A DNA stretch of 64,000 bases from an uncultured Chloroflexia bacterium (GTDB taxonomy: Bacteria > Chloroflexota > Limnocylindria > Limnocylindrales > CSP1-4): contig CAVYBU010000004.1 of NCBI GenBank assembly GCA_963766735.1, positions 64,001-128,000 on the forward strand, in the 5' to 3' direction. The notes under the pieces were generated by a model. It searched no databases, was not told the origin of the DNA, and saw only the letters and a program-made list of their open reading frames with translations. Below are positions 10,278 to 20,805 of the stretch, one piece after another; the first letter of the stretch is position 1; every line of letters starts with the position of its first letter. Position numbers and translations under genes: made by a program.

Positions 10278-10305
10278 GGAACCCTGACCGGGGTTCGGGA
10301 GGGCG

Positions 10306-10364
10306 CAGGTCCAGCCGCCCCAGGTCCCGCCGCCCCAGGTCCAGCCGCCCCAGATCGCCGCCCC
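10306..10364 (+). repeat. 15-bp tandem repeat (CAGGTCCAGCCGCCC) x3 plus a degenerate fourth unit
   Basis: Units at 10306, 10321, 10336 and a partial unit at 10351. Confidence 0.85.
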
Positions 10365-10407
10365 TTGACGCGGCTGGATTGCTGATCTAACGTAGGCAAT
10401 CGATTAC
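10365..10407 (+). promoter_or_regulatory. Promoter of the LacI gene with an operator at the predicted start site
   Basis: TTGACG (10365-10370)-17 bp-TAACGT (10388-10393); GCAATCGATTAC at 10396-10407. Confidence 0.72.
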
Positions 10408-10535
10408 ACAGACACGCCGGAGGCGATCTCGCGCATGCACAACCGATCGCATCGCCCCCGATCGCGCGTCGGTTCCGGAGGCCAGTGCCGGGTCGTCACT
10501 GTCCGCCTCCGGCGTCCATCGGTCGGGTCTCGCTG

Positions 10536-11582
10536 ATGGACAAGACGGCCCGTCCCACCATCAGCGACGTCGCCGAACGCGCGGGCGTGTCCACCGCCAC
10601 GGTCAGCCGCGTCCTCGCGGGCATCGGCCGCTCCCGACCCGACACCGCAGCGGCCGTGGTCGCTGCAGCCGATGAGCTCGGCTACCGCCCCTCGGGCGTC
10701 GCGCGCTCGCTGCGCATGCAGCGGACGCGAACATTCGGGCTGATCGTCTCCGACATCCAGAACCCGTTCTTCCCCGAGCTTGTCCAGGCCGTGGACGACG
10801 CGGCGCGCGCCGTCGACTACTCGATCCTGCTCGGCAGCGCCGCCTACGACGAGAAGCGCGCCGTGCACTACCTGGACCTCATGGTGGACCGCCGCGTCGA
10901 CGGGATGATCGTGGCATCCAGCCTGATCTCGGACACGAGCTGGCGATGGCTGCTCGCCTCCCCCGTTCCGGTCATCGTCGTCAACGTCGAGCCACCGGAC
11001 CACCGTGTTCCCGCCATCGTGAGCGACAACGAGGGCGGCAGTCGGCAGGCCGTGGAGCACCTCGTCGGGCTCGGGCATCGACGGATCGGCTACATCCGTG
11101 GGCCGCAGACGTTCACCGCGGCGGCGCCCCGGCTCGAGGGCTTTCACCAGGCGTGTGCGGATGCCGGGCTGGCACCGGACGACCTGGCGATCCTGCGCGG
11201 CGATGGCCAGGTCGAGGGTGGCGAGCTGGCCGCGGCGCAGATGCTGGTGCAGGCGCCGTGGGTGACGGCGATCGCCTGCTACAACGACCTCACCGCCATC
11301 GGTGCGCTCCAGGCCCTGAGGGCGGCCGGTCGCCGCGTGCCTGGAGACATCAGCGTCATCGGCTTCGACGACATCGCCGCCGCCTCGTGGGTCGTGCCCG
11401 CGCTGACGACGATCGGCCAGGCAAAGGCCGACATGGGCCGGCTCGCAGTCGAATACCTGGTCCGGGCCCTCGAGGGCGGTGCGTCCGAGCCGGTGCCGGA
11501 GGTGCGCCGCCTGGCGCTCGCGCTCCGGGTCCGGGAGTCAACGGGCCCCGCGCCCGTGTCCGCTGGGGCACCTGACCGGTAG
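10536..11582 (+). CDS. LacI family transcriptional regulator (probable inositol regulon repressor)
   Basis: [50 protein letters not shown]. Confidence 0.93.
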   Translation: MDKTARPTISDVAERAGVSTATVSRVLAGIGRSRPDTAAAVVAAADELGYRPSGVARSLRMQRTRTFGLIVSDIQNPFFPELVQAVDDAARAVDYSILLGSAAYDEKRAVHYLDLMVDRRVDGMIVASSLISDTSWRWLLASPVPVIVVNVEPPDHRVPAIVSDNEGGSRQAVEHLVGLGHRRIGYIRGPQTFTAAAPRLEGFHQACADAGLAPDDLAILRGDGQVEGGELAAAQMLVQAPWVTAIACYNDLTAIGALQALRAAGRRVPGDISVIGFDDIAAASWVVPALTTIGQAKADMGRLAVEYLVRALEGGASEPVPEVRRLALALRVRESTGPAPVSAGAPDR

Positions 11583-11653
11583 CGCCGTCACCACATGTCG
11601 TCAATCGCCACGACCCCGATCGCCGGGGCATCGTGACAACAAGGAGTCACCAC

Positions 11654-12553
11654 ATGGTTCGGATAGCGAACGCTCCCTGCTCCTGGGGCGTCATCGAAGG
11701 CATCGAGGGTGACCGGAACGGGTACCGCCGCGTGATCGACGAGATCGCCGAGACGGGCTACGCCGGAACCGAGCTTGGTGACTGGGGCTTCATGCCCACT
11801 GACCCGGAAGAGCTCCGGAGCGAGCTCGATGCCCGCGGACTTGCCCTGGTCGCGTCTTTCTCGGTTCCCGTCCTCCAGGACGCGGCCCGCCACCGGGAGA
11901 GCGCTGATGAGGCGGTCAGGATAGGCAAGCTGCTGGCCGCCGTCGGCGGCCCGGACACCCTGATCGTCCTGGGCAACGATCCGTACGGCGATCCCGTCCG
12001 TGGCGGGATGGCCGGCCGGATCACCGCCGAGCAGGGTATGAGCGAGGAGCAGTGGAAGGTCTTCGCGGAGGGCGCCAACTACCTCGCCGGCCGAGTCAGG
12101 GACGAAGCCGGCATCCGCACGGTCATCCACCAGCACATGGGCACGCTGATCGAGACCGGGGACGAGGTCCGCCGCCTTCTCGAGATGACGGATCCGTCCC
12201 TCCTGGGAGCCTGCCTCGACACCGGGCACTGGACGTTCGGGACGGGCGGAGACCCGGTGGCTGCCGTCCGTGAGCTGGGCGACCGCATCTGGCACGTCCA
12301 CTTCAAGGACTGCGACCCGGCCGTCATGGCCGCGTCCCGCGAGCAGGGGTGGGACGGGCTCACCTCCACCGGACACGGCGTGTTCTGCGAGCTCGGCAAG
12401 GGCTGCGTGGATTTCCCTGGCGTGCTGCGAGCGCTCGACGAGATTGGCTACGACGGCTGGATCGTCGTGGAGCAGGACATCCTGCCCGGCATGGGCATGC
12501 CTCGCGAGAGCGCCCGCCGCAACCGCGAGTACCTGGGGTCCATCGGCGTCTGA
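11654..12553 (+). CDS. iolE: Myo-inosose-2 dehydratase-like TIM-barrel protein, copy 1
   Basis: [42 protein letters not shown]; SD AAGGAG. Confidence 0.75.
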   Translation: MVRIANAPCSWGVIEGIEGDRNGYRRVIDEIAETGYAGTELGDWGFMPTDPEELRSELDARGLALVASFSVPVLQDAARHRESADEAVRIGKLLAAVGGPDTLIVLGNDPYGDPVRGGMAGRITAEQGMSEEQWKVFAEGANYLAGRVRDEAGIRTVIHQHMGTLIETGDEVRRLLEMTDPSLLGACLDTGHWTFGTGGDPVAAVRELGDRIWHVHFKDCDPAVMAASREQGWDGLTSTGHGVFCELGKGCVDFPGVLRALDEIGYDGWIVVEQDILPGMGMPRESARRNREYLGSIGV

Positions 12554-12699
12554 CGCCCCTCCCTGCGCGCCGGGCGACACCCCTGCCGTCCGGCGCGCTT
12601 CCCCCGCGGGCCGACCGTACTCCATCGCGGGGCCGCGTCAGCGCGTCGCAGCGTCATCGATTGCGGCGCAGCGGCTGCCGCACGGCTTCGTCAAACCAA

Positions 12700-12723
12700 C
12701 TGCCCGCCGGGACCGGCGGGCAG
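12700..12723. terminator. GC-rich hairpin between convergent genes
   Basis: CTGCCCGCCGG-GA-CCGGCGGGCAG; no U-tract. Confidence 0.45.
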
Positions 12724-12766
12724 CAATCGGGTGGTGGGTCAGCCCGCGTGGGTCAGGCCCGGTTGG

Positions 12767-13627
12767 TCAACTGCTGGCTGGCGACTGCGAACTGGCGTCG
12801 GCGAGAGCCTCGAGCTCGAGCGTCAGCTCATGGAGCTCACTGCCGCCGCCCATGTAGCCGTGAAGCCGCTCGGAGTCGATCTCACCACGTTTGAAGGTGC
12901 CCGAGATTCGTCCCCGTGAGAGCACGGTGAACGTGTCCCCGATCGGCAGGGCGTGGAGCACGTTGTGGGTGATGAACACGACGCCCAGGCCACGGTTCCG
13001 CGCGGCGATGATGTGCCGCAGTACGGTCGCCGCCTGCTTGACGCCCAGCGCCGAGGTGGGCTCGTCGAGGATGAGGACCTTCGCGCCGAAGTACTCCGCG
13101 CGGGCGATGGCCAGCGTCTGGCGTTCGCCACCCGACAGAGTGCCGACCGCCTGGCTGGTGTCGCGGACGTCGATCCCGATCCGCGCCATCTCCTCCTTGG
13201 CGACGCGGTCGGCCATGCCGCCGTCCCATCGCCGGAGCGGACCGTACCCGACGGTGGGCTCGTTCCCCAGGAAGAAGTTTCGGCTGATGCTCATGAGCGG
13301 CATCACCGACAGATCCTGGTACACGGTCGCGACGCCGGCGTCGAGCGCCTCCCGGGGCGCCGAGAAGCGGACGTCCTTGCCGTCCACGGCGAGCGTCCCC
13401 TTGTCGGGCGCGAACACGCCCGAGAGGATCTTGATCAGCGTGGACTTGCCGGCACCGTTGTCGCCCAGCAGGCACACGATCTTGCCGGCGTGAACGGCAA
13501 GCGACACGTCCTCCACCGCAACGACGGCGCCGAAGTACTTGGAGACGTTGCGCGCCTCGAGCAGCGCCGGGCCCTCGGGCGCGGTTGCCGACGTCGCCGG
13601 GGCGAGGGTATCGACTCGGGGTTCCAT
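12767..13627 (-). CDS. Sugar (inositol) ABC transporter ATP-binding protein
   Basis: [27 protein letters not shown]; single ATPase domain. Confidence 0.9.
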   Translation of the reverse strand: MEPRVDTLAPATSATAPEGPALLEARNVSKYFGAVVAVEDVSLAVHAGKIVCLLGDNGAGKSTLIKILSGVFAPDKGTLAVDGKDVRFSAPREALDAGVATVYQDLSVMPLMSISRNFFLGNEPTVGYGPLRRWDGGMADRVAKEEMARIGIDVRDTSQAVGTLSGGERQTLAIARAEYFGAKVLILDEPTSALGVKQAATVLRHIIAARNRGLGVVFITHNVLHALPIGDTFTVLSRGRISGTFKRGEIDSERLHGYMGGGSELHELTLELEALADASSQSPASS

Positions 13628-13643
13628 GATGGTCGGCCCTCCC

Positions 13644-14702
13644 TCAGCGCAGGCCGGCGAAACGGCGCCGGATCCAGTTGTTGAGTACCACCGCGATGAG
13701 CAGCAACGACCCGAGGGCGACGTTGTACCAGTCGGCGTTGATGCCCGCGAAGAAGATGCCGATCTGGGCCATGCCCAGGGCGGCCGCACCGATGGCGGTG
13801 CCAACCACCGAGCCGTAGCCGCCGACCAGCAGCGTGCCGCCGATGACGGCGGTTGTGATGGCGCGCAGCTCCATGCCCTGGCCGCGCAGCACGTCCGAGG
13901 AGTAGTAGGTCATCGACTGGATCGCCGCCAGCACCGCCGCCGAGAGGGCGGTGCCCGCAAACAGCATGATCTTCACGCGGGCCACCGGGACGCCGAGGTT
14001 GCGTGCCGCGACCGCAGAGCCGCCGACGCCGGCAATCCAGTTGCCGAACGACGTTCGCGAGTACACATAGGCCCCGAAAGCCGCGATGACGACCCACCAC
14101 AGGATCGAGACCTTGATGTCGCCACCCATGGGCAACGTGATGCTCGCCCGGAACAGCTGGGCGATGGGATCGGCGTCGATGACGGCCCGGTCGATCGGGA
14201 TGTATGTGATGTTGGTGATCTCGGCGGTGGCGACGATCGTGATGCCCTTGATGATGAACAGCGTGGCCAGCGTGACGATGAACGACGGCAGGCCGGTCCG
14301 CACCACGATGAGGCCATTCATGACGCCCAGCAGCGTCGTCAACAGCATCGAGATCCCGATGGCCGCCCACACCGGAGTGCCGAGCTCGGTGATGCAGATG
14401 CCGGTCACGATGCCCGCGAACCCGACCAGCGAACCGACCGAGAGGTCGAACTCGCCGGCGATCATGAGCAGCGCCACCGCCGTGCCGAGGATCCCGATCT
14501 GGGCGGCGACGTCGAGATAGCTCAACGTGCCTTCGGGGGTCAGGAACCCGCTGCTTCCTCCAAGGATCGCGAACACGACCCACACGAACACCACGATGAT
14601 CGCCGCACCCGCCGCGGGGCGGGCGAGGATGCGCTCGTACAGCGGGATGTGGCGAAGTCGCGAGTTCTGTCCCGACGTTGTCCCGGGTGTCTCTGCCATC
14701 AC
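13644..14702 (-). CDS. Sugar (inositol) ABC transporter permease, RbsC type
   Basis: [30 protein letters not shown]. Confidence 0.9.
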   Translation of the reverse strand: MMAETPGTTSGQNSRLRHIPLYERILARPAAGAAIIVVFVWVVFAILGGSSGFLTPEGTLSYLDVAAQIGILGTAVALLMIAGEFDLSVGSLVGFAGIVTGICITELGTPVWAAIGISMLLTTLLGVMNGLIVVRTGLPSFIVTLATLFIIKGITIVATAEITNITYIPIDRAVIDADPIAQLFRASITLPMGGDIKVSILWWVVIAAFGAYVYSRTSFGNWIAGVGGSAVAARNLGVPVARVKIMLFAGTALSAAVLAAIQSMTYYSSDVLRGQGMELRAITTAVIGGTLLVGGYGSVVGTAIGAAALGMAQIGIFFAGINADWYNVALGSLLLIAVVLNNWIRRRFAGLR

Positions 14703-14782
14703 CTACCTCCGGCGAGAAACCGGACGGGGCCGGCCGTTGGCCGGCCCCGCCCAGGCACGTTACGTGGTGAGGTTCGAGCCCG

Positions 14783-15811
14783 TCAGCGGAGCCCGGCGGC
14801 GGCGAGTGAGATCACGTCGGCCGCGTCGGCCTGGGTGACGAACCCGGGGCCGGTCATGATCAGGCCGGTCCCATCGCCGGTGGGCAGGTTCTTGGTCTGG
14901 ATGTACTGGATCATGAACATCAGGGAGTCATAGCCCTGGATGTACTGCTGCTGGTCGACGGCGAACTCCATGTTCCCGTCCTTGATCGCGTTGAGCACGT
15001 CGGTGGACAGGTCGAAGGTCGCGGTGCGGATCGTGCCGGTCAGGCCGGCCTCCTCGACCGCCAGCAGCATCGGAGACGCTGCAGACGGGCCCAGGGTCAG
15101 GATGCCGTCGATCGTCGGATCGGCCTGGAACGCCGCCTTGATCGTCGCCGTGATCCCGGCCGGGTCAGAGATCTGGCCCGTGAGGACCTTGTCGCTGCCG
15201 TCAACGCCCATGCCATCGAAGAAGCCGTTGCAGCGGTCGGTCAGCGCCTGGTTGGCGACCTCCTGGTTGAAGCAGACCGGGTTCTTGACCCCGGCCTCCT
15301 TGAACTTGGTCCCGGCGCCGAGGCCGGCCTCGTACTCCGTCTGGCCGACGTGGGCGATGAGGCCGAGCTCCTTGAAAACGGTGGAGCCGGAGTTGATCGA
15401 GATGACCGGGATCCCGGCGGCGACGGCCTTCTGGATGGACGGCCCGAGTGCCTCGGCATTCGGGATCGACACGATCAGGCCCGACGGCTTCTTGGCGATG
15501 GCCGCGTCGATGAGCTGCGACATCTTGACGTAGTCGCTCTCGGCATCGGGGGCGCTGTAGTTGTACGTGATCCCGAAGTCCGAGGCGGCGTTCTTGAAGC
15601 CGTTGCGGACCACGCCCCAGAACCCGTCCACGGCCTGGCCGTGGGTCACGACCTCGATGCTGATGTTGTCACGGGTGACCAGGACGCCATCGGCGTCAGC
15701 GCCACCACCGCCACCACCCGCGTCGCTCGCGGCGGGCTCCGACGACCCGCAGGCGGCGACGAGGATCGCGACGCCGGCAAGTGCGACAAGTGCCCTGCTT
15801 CGCAGAAACAT
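14783..15811 (-). CDS. Sugar (inositol) ABC transporter substrate-binding lipoprotein
   Basis: Lipobox LVAAC; VVTHG..DGFWGVV, INSG, DQQQYIQGY, TGPGFVT. Confidence 0.88.
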   Translation of the reverse strand: MFLRSRALVALAGVAILVAACGSSEPAASDAGGGGGGADADGVLVTRDNISIEVVTHGQAVDGFWGVVRNGFKNAASDFGITYNYSAPDAESDYVKMSQLIDAAIAKKPSGLIVSIPNAEALGPSIQKAVAAGIPVISINSGSTVFKELGLIAHVGQTEYEAGLGAGTKFKEAGVKNPVCFNQEVANQALTDRCNGFFDGMGVDGSDKVLTGQISDPAGITATIKAAFQADPTIDGILTLGPSAASPMLLAVEEAGLTGTIRTATFDLSTDVLNAIKDGNMEFAVDQQQYIQGYDSLMFMIQYIQTKNLPTGDGTGLIMTGPGFVTQADAADVISLAAAGLR

Positions 15812-16083
15812 GCTCGTGCTCCTCCATGTTCCGGGGCGACCTGCCCCGTGTTGCTCCCTGGGTGCCAGATGCGGCGCCCCCCGAGCGGGATGGCCGTGCG
15901 CCCGCAACCGCTCGCCTGCCGCATCGTTGGTGCTTACCGATCCTTTGTCAACCGGGAGTTTGCACCATCCAAGAGGCGCGGTGGCGGCGTACCCGTCGCA
16001 TCGCCGACCGCTCCCGGGCGTGTCGGCCCGGTCCGGCGCTACGATGGTGCTCGAGGTCCGCCACATCGACGCCACGATACTGT

Positions 16084-16095
16084 GTAATCGGTTAC
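16084..16095. promoter_or_regulatory. LacI-type operator GTAATCGGTTAC
   Basis: Near-palindrome in the divergent SBP/dehydrogenase intergenic region, immediately after -10-like TACTGT. Confidence 0.7.
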
Positions 16096-16207
16096 CTGTG
16101 AAGCCCCAAACTGTCGCCACGGGAACCGCCTCGAAGCATCAGCTGCTCCGCGTGGCTGTGTGCGGAGCCGGTCGTACCGGACAGACAGCGCGAACGAGGA
16201 GGCCCAG

Positions 16208-17356
16208 ATGAGCAACACGGTCCGGATCGGCATCGTGGGCACCAGCTGGTGGGCCGACGCCATGTACCTGCCGGCGCTCACGAACCACCCGCTGGCGGAC
16301 GTGCGGGGCGTGGTGGGCGGCACCCGCGCGGAGCACACCCGCGAGTTCGCGGCGCAGTGGGGCATTCCCGGCGCATACGACACGCTCGACGCCATGCTCG
16401 CTGCGGAGCCGCTCGACGCGCTGGTGATCCTGAGTCCCAACGTGCATCACTTTCCGTACACGATGGCGGCGCTCGAGCGCGGACTCCACGTCCTGTGCGA
16501 GAAGCCGCTGGCCTTGACCTCTGCAGAGGCCCGCCTGATGACCGAGGCCGCCGAGCGGGCCGGCGTCGTCACCATGGTGCCGTTCACATACCGCTTCATG
16601 CCGGTCAACCGCTATCTCAAGGAGCTCGTGGACGAGGGCTACATCGGGCGCCCGTACCACCTGAACATGCGCTACTACACCGGCTACGGGCGATCTGGCG
16701 AGTACAGCTGGCGCTTCGACGTCGACCAGGCAGGCTCCGGCGTCACCGGTGACCTGGCGTCACACTGGGCCTACCTGGCGCGCTGGTTCTATGGCGAGAT
16801 CTCGGCCGTCACTGCCGTGTTCGGCCATGCCGTGCCGCGGGCGCCGAGGCCCGACGGCGTCCCGTTCACCGCGGGCGAGGACTCCGCCATGATCCTGCTG
16901 GAATTCGAGAACGGTGCGACCGGATCGCTTCACGTGTCCTCCGTGGCGTACGCGCCCGGTCCGTTCGGGCAGCGCCATGAGATGGACCTGCACGGCAGCG
17001 ATGGCAGCCTGCACGCGATCACGGACTGGGACCTCGTCCAGCGGGTGGACGGCTGCCGGGCGGACGAGCCCGCGACCCATGAGCTACCGATCCCGGACCG
17101 CCTGTTCGGTGGTGCCCGCCGCGACACGGTCGGCAACACCTACAAGGACACGTTCCGCCAGGCCGACCACATGGCGCGCGGGTTCGTCACGGCGATCGCC
17201 CAGCGGACGCCGGCCTCCCCCGACTTCCGCGACGGCCTGGCCGTTCAGCGTGTGCTGGACGCGGCGGGCCGCAGCGCTCGCGAGGGGCGGCGCGTTTCCA
17301 TCGCGGAAATCGTCGCCGACGGGGCCTCGGCGGTGGATCCGGCACACCCGTCGTGA
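16208..17356 (+). CDS. Gfo/Idh/MocA family oxidoreductase
   Basis: RIGIVGT, HVLCEKPLA, GDLASH, PDFRDG; SD GAGGAGG. Confidence 0.88.
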   Translation: MSNTVRIGIVGTSWWADAMYLPALTNHPLADVRGVVGGTRAEHTREFAAQWGIPGAYDTLDAMLAAEPLDALVILSPNVHHFPYTMAALERGLHVLCEKPLALTSAEARLMTEAAERAGVVTMVPFTYRFMPVNRYLKELVDEGYIGRPYHLNMRYYTGYGRSGEYSWRFDVDQAGSGVTGDLASHWAYLARWFYGEISAVTAVFGHAVPRAPRPDGVPFTAGEDSAMILLEFENGATGSLHVSSVAYAPGPFGQRHEMDLHGSDGSLHAITDWDLVQRVDGCRADEPATHELPIPDRLFGGARRDTVGNTYKDTFRQADHMARGFVTAIAQRTPASPDFRDGLAVQRVLDAAGRSAREGRRVSIAEIVADGASAVDPAHPS

Positions 17357-17435
17357 GGGCCCCGACCCTCGGACGACGCGTTGGCCGTGATCAACGCCGG
17401 GATCCCCTCGTGCCCGGCTACCGTCCAGGCTGACG

Positions 17436-18581
17436 ATGAACTCCCGCGAGCGCATCACCGCGGCCCTCTCCCACCGCGAGGCGGACCGCATCCCGATCGA
17501 CCTCGGCGGGACGATGGTCACCTCGATCACCATGGCCGCCTACCTTCCCCTGCGCAAGCACCTCGGGATGCCCGATGAGCCGGTCGCCGTCTCTGATCTC
17601 GTCCAGCAGCTGCCGTACCTGGGCGAGGACCTGCTGGACCGCATGGGCTCCGATGTCCGGGCCGTCCTCCTGCCGCCGGAGATGGTGCAGCCGCCCGAGC
17701 TGATCGACGACGGCGACTACTGGGGGTGGGTGGACCCGTGGGGCGCGAAGCTCCGGATGCCCAAGCGGAACGGCCTGTACTTCGACTGGGTCGGCCACCC
17801 ACTGGCGGACCTCACGGACGAGTCGCTCGACGACTACCGGTGGCCGGCGTTCGAATCGTCCGCGAACCTCGCGGCCATGCGGGAGCAGGCGCTCGGCCTC
17901 CACACGACAACCGACTTCGCGCTGGCCGGCACCGCCAGCATTGGCGGCGGGATCTTCGAGCAGGCATGCCGTCTCGTGGGCACGGAGCAGTTCATGATGG
18001 CGATGCTCACCGATCGAGCCGTTGCCGATCGCCTGCTCGAGCAGCTCACCGAGCACTACATCGAGGCGGTGACCCGGCAGCTCGACGCATTCGGCGAGTT
18101 CCTGGACGTCGTTCAGTACGGCGACGATCTCGCCTCCCAGCAGACGTGGCTGATCAGCCCCGACACCTACGTCGCGATGATCAAGCCGCGCCAGCACCGC
18201 CTGTTCGAGGCGGTCAGGTCCAGGACCTCCGCGAAGCTCATGTTCCACAGCTGCGGCGCCGTCTTCGACGTCATCCCGCACCTGATCGACATCGGGGTGG
18301 ATGTGGTCAACCCGGTCCAGGTCTCGGCGAGAGGCATGGACACGGCGCGGCTCAAGTCGGCCTACGGCAGGGACATCGTGTTCTGGGGTGGCGGGGTCGA
18401 CACCCAGGGCGTGCTGCCGTTTGGGAGCGAGGACGACGTCCGTGCGGAGGTCGTCAGGCGCATCGAGGACCTGGCTCCCGGTGGCGGCTTCGTGTGGGCA
18501 CCGGTCCACAACGTGCAGGCGGGGGTTCCTCCCGCGAACATCGTCGCCGCGTTCGACACCGCCCGCACCTACGGGCTGTAG
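17436..18581 (+). CDS. Uroporphyrinogen decarboxylase / MtaA-CmuA-like family protein
   Basis: MNSRER..DRIPIDLG, GDDL, FHSCG, NPVQ, FWGGGVDTQ, GGGFVWAPVHNVQ..P..NI. Confidence 0.8.
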   Translation: MNSRERITAALSHREADRIPIDLGGTMVTSITMAAYLPLRKHLGMPDEPVAVSDLVQQLPYLGEDLLDRMGSDVRAVLLPPEMVQPPELIDDGDYWGWVDPWGAKLRMPKRNGLYFDWVGHPLADLTDESLDDYRWPAFESSANLAAMREQALGLHTTTDFALAGTASIGGGIFEQACRLVGTEQFMMAMLTDRAVADRLLEQLTEHYIEAVTRQLDAFGEFLDVVQYGDDLASQQTWLISPDTYVAMIKPRQHRLFEAVRSRTSAKLMFHSCGAVFDVIPHLIDIGVDVVNPVQVSARGMDTARLKSAYGRDIVFWGGGVDTQGVLPFGSEDDVRAEVVRRIEDLAPGGGFVWAPVHNVQAGVPPANIVAAFDTARTYGL

Positions 18582-18595
18582 CCCGAGGGCGACCG

Positions 18596-19390
18596 TCAGG
18601 AGCGGCTGAACGCGGTCCGGAACCGCTCCAGCGCCACCACGTCGTCGCCGCTCGCGAACGATTCCAGGCCCACCACGCCCCGGTAGCCGATGTCCTCGAG
18701 GGCCGTGGCCACAGCCGGCCAGTTGACTTCGCCCGTTCCCGGCTCCATCCGCCCGGGGACGTCCGCCACCTGGATCTCCCCGATGAGCGGCCCGGCCGTG
18801 CGCACGAGCTCGACCAGGTTCCCCTCCCCGATCTGGGCGTGGTACAGGTCCAGCATCATCCGCACGCCCGGTCGGTCGAGCGTCCCGACCAGGGTCATCG
18901 TGTCCTCGGCCCGCCCGAAGGGAACGCCGGGGTGGTCGGTGTGGAGATTGAGGTTCTCGAGGCAGAACACCACGCCGTTGGCCTCGCCGAGGTCGGCCAG
19001 CTCCTCGAGCGTCCGGTAGGCGTTGAGCCACATCCGGCCGGTCGTCACGGCCTGGGGCCGGAATGGGAGACCGCCACGCGACCCGTCCAGCTCCGCGCCG
19101 TGGACGACCAGGCGCGGGCAGTTGAGCTTCTTCGCGGCCTCCACCGAGAGCTTCGCGGTGCGCACCATCTCGCGACCGCCATCGGCGTCGTACAGGTCCC
19201 CGTGGACGTAGCCGGTCATCGTGGACCACGTGGCCCCGATCGACGCCACGGCCTCGAGGTCCTTGGCGGTCCAGTCCCACATCTCGACCTGGAAGCCAAG
19301 CTCGTGGATCCTGCGTACCCGGTCCAGGTACGGGAGGTCGAGGAACACCATCTCAGTCGTGACGGCCAGCGGGAACATCGGGGTGCTCAT
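18596..19390 (-). CDS. Hydroxypyruvate-isomerase-family TIM barrel (possible inosose isomerase)
   Basis: LENLN, LDLYHAQIGEGN, IQVADVPGRMEPGTGEVN. Confidence 0.8.
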   Translation of the reverse strand: MSTPMFPLAVTTEMVFLDLPYLDRVRRIHELGFQVEMWDWTAKDLEAVASIGATWSTMTGYVHGDLYDADGGREMVRTAKLSVEAAKKLNCPRLVVHGAELDGSRGGLPFRPQAVTTGRMWLNAYRTLEELADLGEANGVVFCLENLNLHTDHPGVPFGRAEDTMTLVGTLDRPGVRMMLDLYHAQIGEGNLVELVRTAGPLIGEIQVADVPGRMEPGTGEVNWPAVATALEDIGYRGVVGLESFASGDDVVALERFRTAFSRS

Positions 19391-19454
19391 GGGGGGTTCT
19401 CCTTCCCGAGAAGATGCTCCGAGCGGGTCCTGCAGACTCGAAACACCGCTGATC

Positions 19455-19466
19455 GTAATCGATTGC
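19455..19466. promoter_or_regulatory. LacI-type operator GTAATCGATTGC
   Basis: Upstream of the Hyi-like gene. Confidence 0.7.
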
Positions 19467-19644
19467 GTCGCGCGGGTTCGTCCCCGCTCACGGCTGGACA
19501 CGTCCCATTCCCTGTGCCGGGGACCGGCCGAGCGACCGCGAACGATGCAGGGCGGTGACGACGGACGAGCGGCGAGAGCGGACGTTGGGATGCCTGCGTC
19601 GCGGCTCGACCACCTTGCGCGGACGCCAACCGGACGCATACCAT

Positions 19645-19656
19645 GTAATCGGTTAC
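19645..19656. promoter_or_regulatory. LacI-type operator GTAATCGGTTAC
   Basis: Follows TTGCGC-18 bp-TACCAT, upstream of iolG. Confidence 0.7.
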
Positions 19657-19702
19657 CTGCGAAGCCCAAGCCGTCGCCGCAGGACCCTCTTGGAGGCCTC
19701 AC

Positions 19703-20701
19703 ATGCTTCGCGTGGCTTTGTTCGGAGCCGGCCGTATCGGCCAGGTTCATGCACGCTCCGTCGCCGAGTCCGGTGGTGCCCAGCTGGCCTGGGTCTGCGA
19801 TCCCATCGAAGGGGCGGCAACGACCCTGGCGGGCAGCCACGGAGCGCGCGCGAGCGCAGAGCCCCAGGATGCGCTCGAGGACCCGAGCGTCGATGCCGTC
19901 CTGATCGCCTCATCCACCCCGACCCACGTCGACCTGATCCGGCGCTCGGTGCTCGCCGGCAAGAAGGTCTTGTGCGAGAAGCCGATCGACCTCGACATGG
20001 GGGCCATCGACCAGTGCTGGCGCGATATCGCCGGCCATGCGCCGTTCGTGATGCTCGGCTTCAACCGGCGCTTCGACCCCTCGTTCCGCGAAGTCCGCGA
20101 GCGGGTCGCGGCCGGCGAGATCGGGCCGATTCGCGCCCTGCGGGTCATCAGCCGCGATCCCGCGCCGCCGCCGGCCGCCTACCTCGGCGTGTCCGGGGGC
20201 ATGTTCCGCGACATGACGATCCACGACTTCGACATGGCCCGCTTCCAGCTGGGCGAGATCGTCGAGGTCCAGGCGATGACGTCCACGAACGGACTCGAGA
20301 TGTTCGAGGCCGTCAACGATCATGCCCAGGCGATCGTGGTGATGCGTGCGGCGTCGGGTGCCTTGTGCACGATCGTCAACAGCCGCAGCTGCGCCTACGG
20401 CTACGACCAGCGCCTCGAGGCGTTCGGAGACCTCGGGTCGCTCGAGGCCGGCAACATGACCGCCACGACAGTCCGCGCCTTCAGCGCCTCGGAAACGGAG
20501 GCGGCGGGCCCCGTCCTGAACTTCTTCCTGGAGCGCTACATGCCGGCCTACAAGGCGGAGTTCGCCGAGTTCCTGGCGGCGATCAATGAGGATCGCGCCC
20601 CGTCCGTGGGATTCGCCGACGGCCGCGCCGCCCTCGTCCTCGCCGAGGCGGCAGGCGAGAGCGTTGCGACCGGGCGGGCTGTCCCGATCCCCGGCGCCTG
20701 A
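19703..20701 (+). CDS. iolG: Inositol 2-dehydrogenase
   Basis: GAGRIG, CEKPID, GFNRRFD, SRDP, SGGMFRDMTIHDFD, YGYDQRLE, FFLERY. Confidence 0.92.
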   Translation: MLRVALFGAGRIGQVHARSVAESGGAQLAWVCDPIEGAATTLAGSHGARASAEPQDALEDPSVDAVLIASSTPTHVDLIRRSVLAGKKVLCEKPIDLDMGAIDQCWRDIAGHAPFVMLGFNRRFDPSFREVRERVAAGEIGPIRALRVISRDPAPPPAAYLGVSGGMFRDMTIHDFDMARFQLGEIVEVQAMTSTNGLEMFEAVNDHAQAIVVMRAASGALCTIVNSRSCAYGYDQRLEAFGDLGSLEAGNMTATTVRAFSASETEAAGPVLNFFLERYMPAYKAEFAEFLAAINEDRAPSVGFADGRAALVLAEAAGESVATGRAVPIPGA

Positions 20702-20805
20702 CGCAACCCACCGGCGGCTGATCCGCCCGCCTGCCGGTCCGGCAACCGGCGGGCGCTGCGGACAGTTGCCCCGGACCGTGAGCGCTGGGCCCGGCGTCCG
20801 GGCTG

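Noticed and set aside
10306-10364. Possible CRISPR array
   Set aside because: Contiguous 15-bp units with no spacers, and no cas genes.
12654-12664. Partial operator-like TCATCGATTGC
   Set aside because: Half-site only, and it lies between convergent genes with no promoter.
17436-18581. True HemE of heme biosynthesis
   Set aside because: Lacks the RQAGR motif and has no hem gene context.
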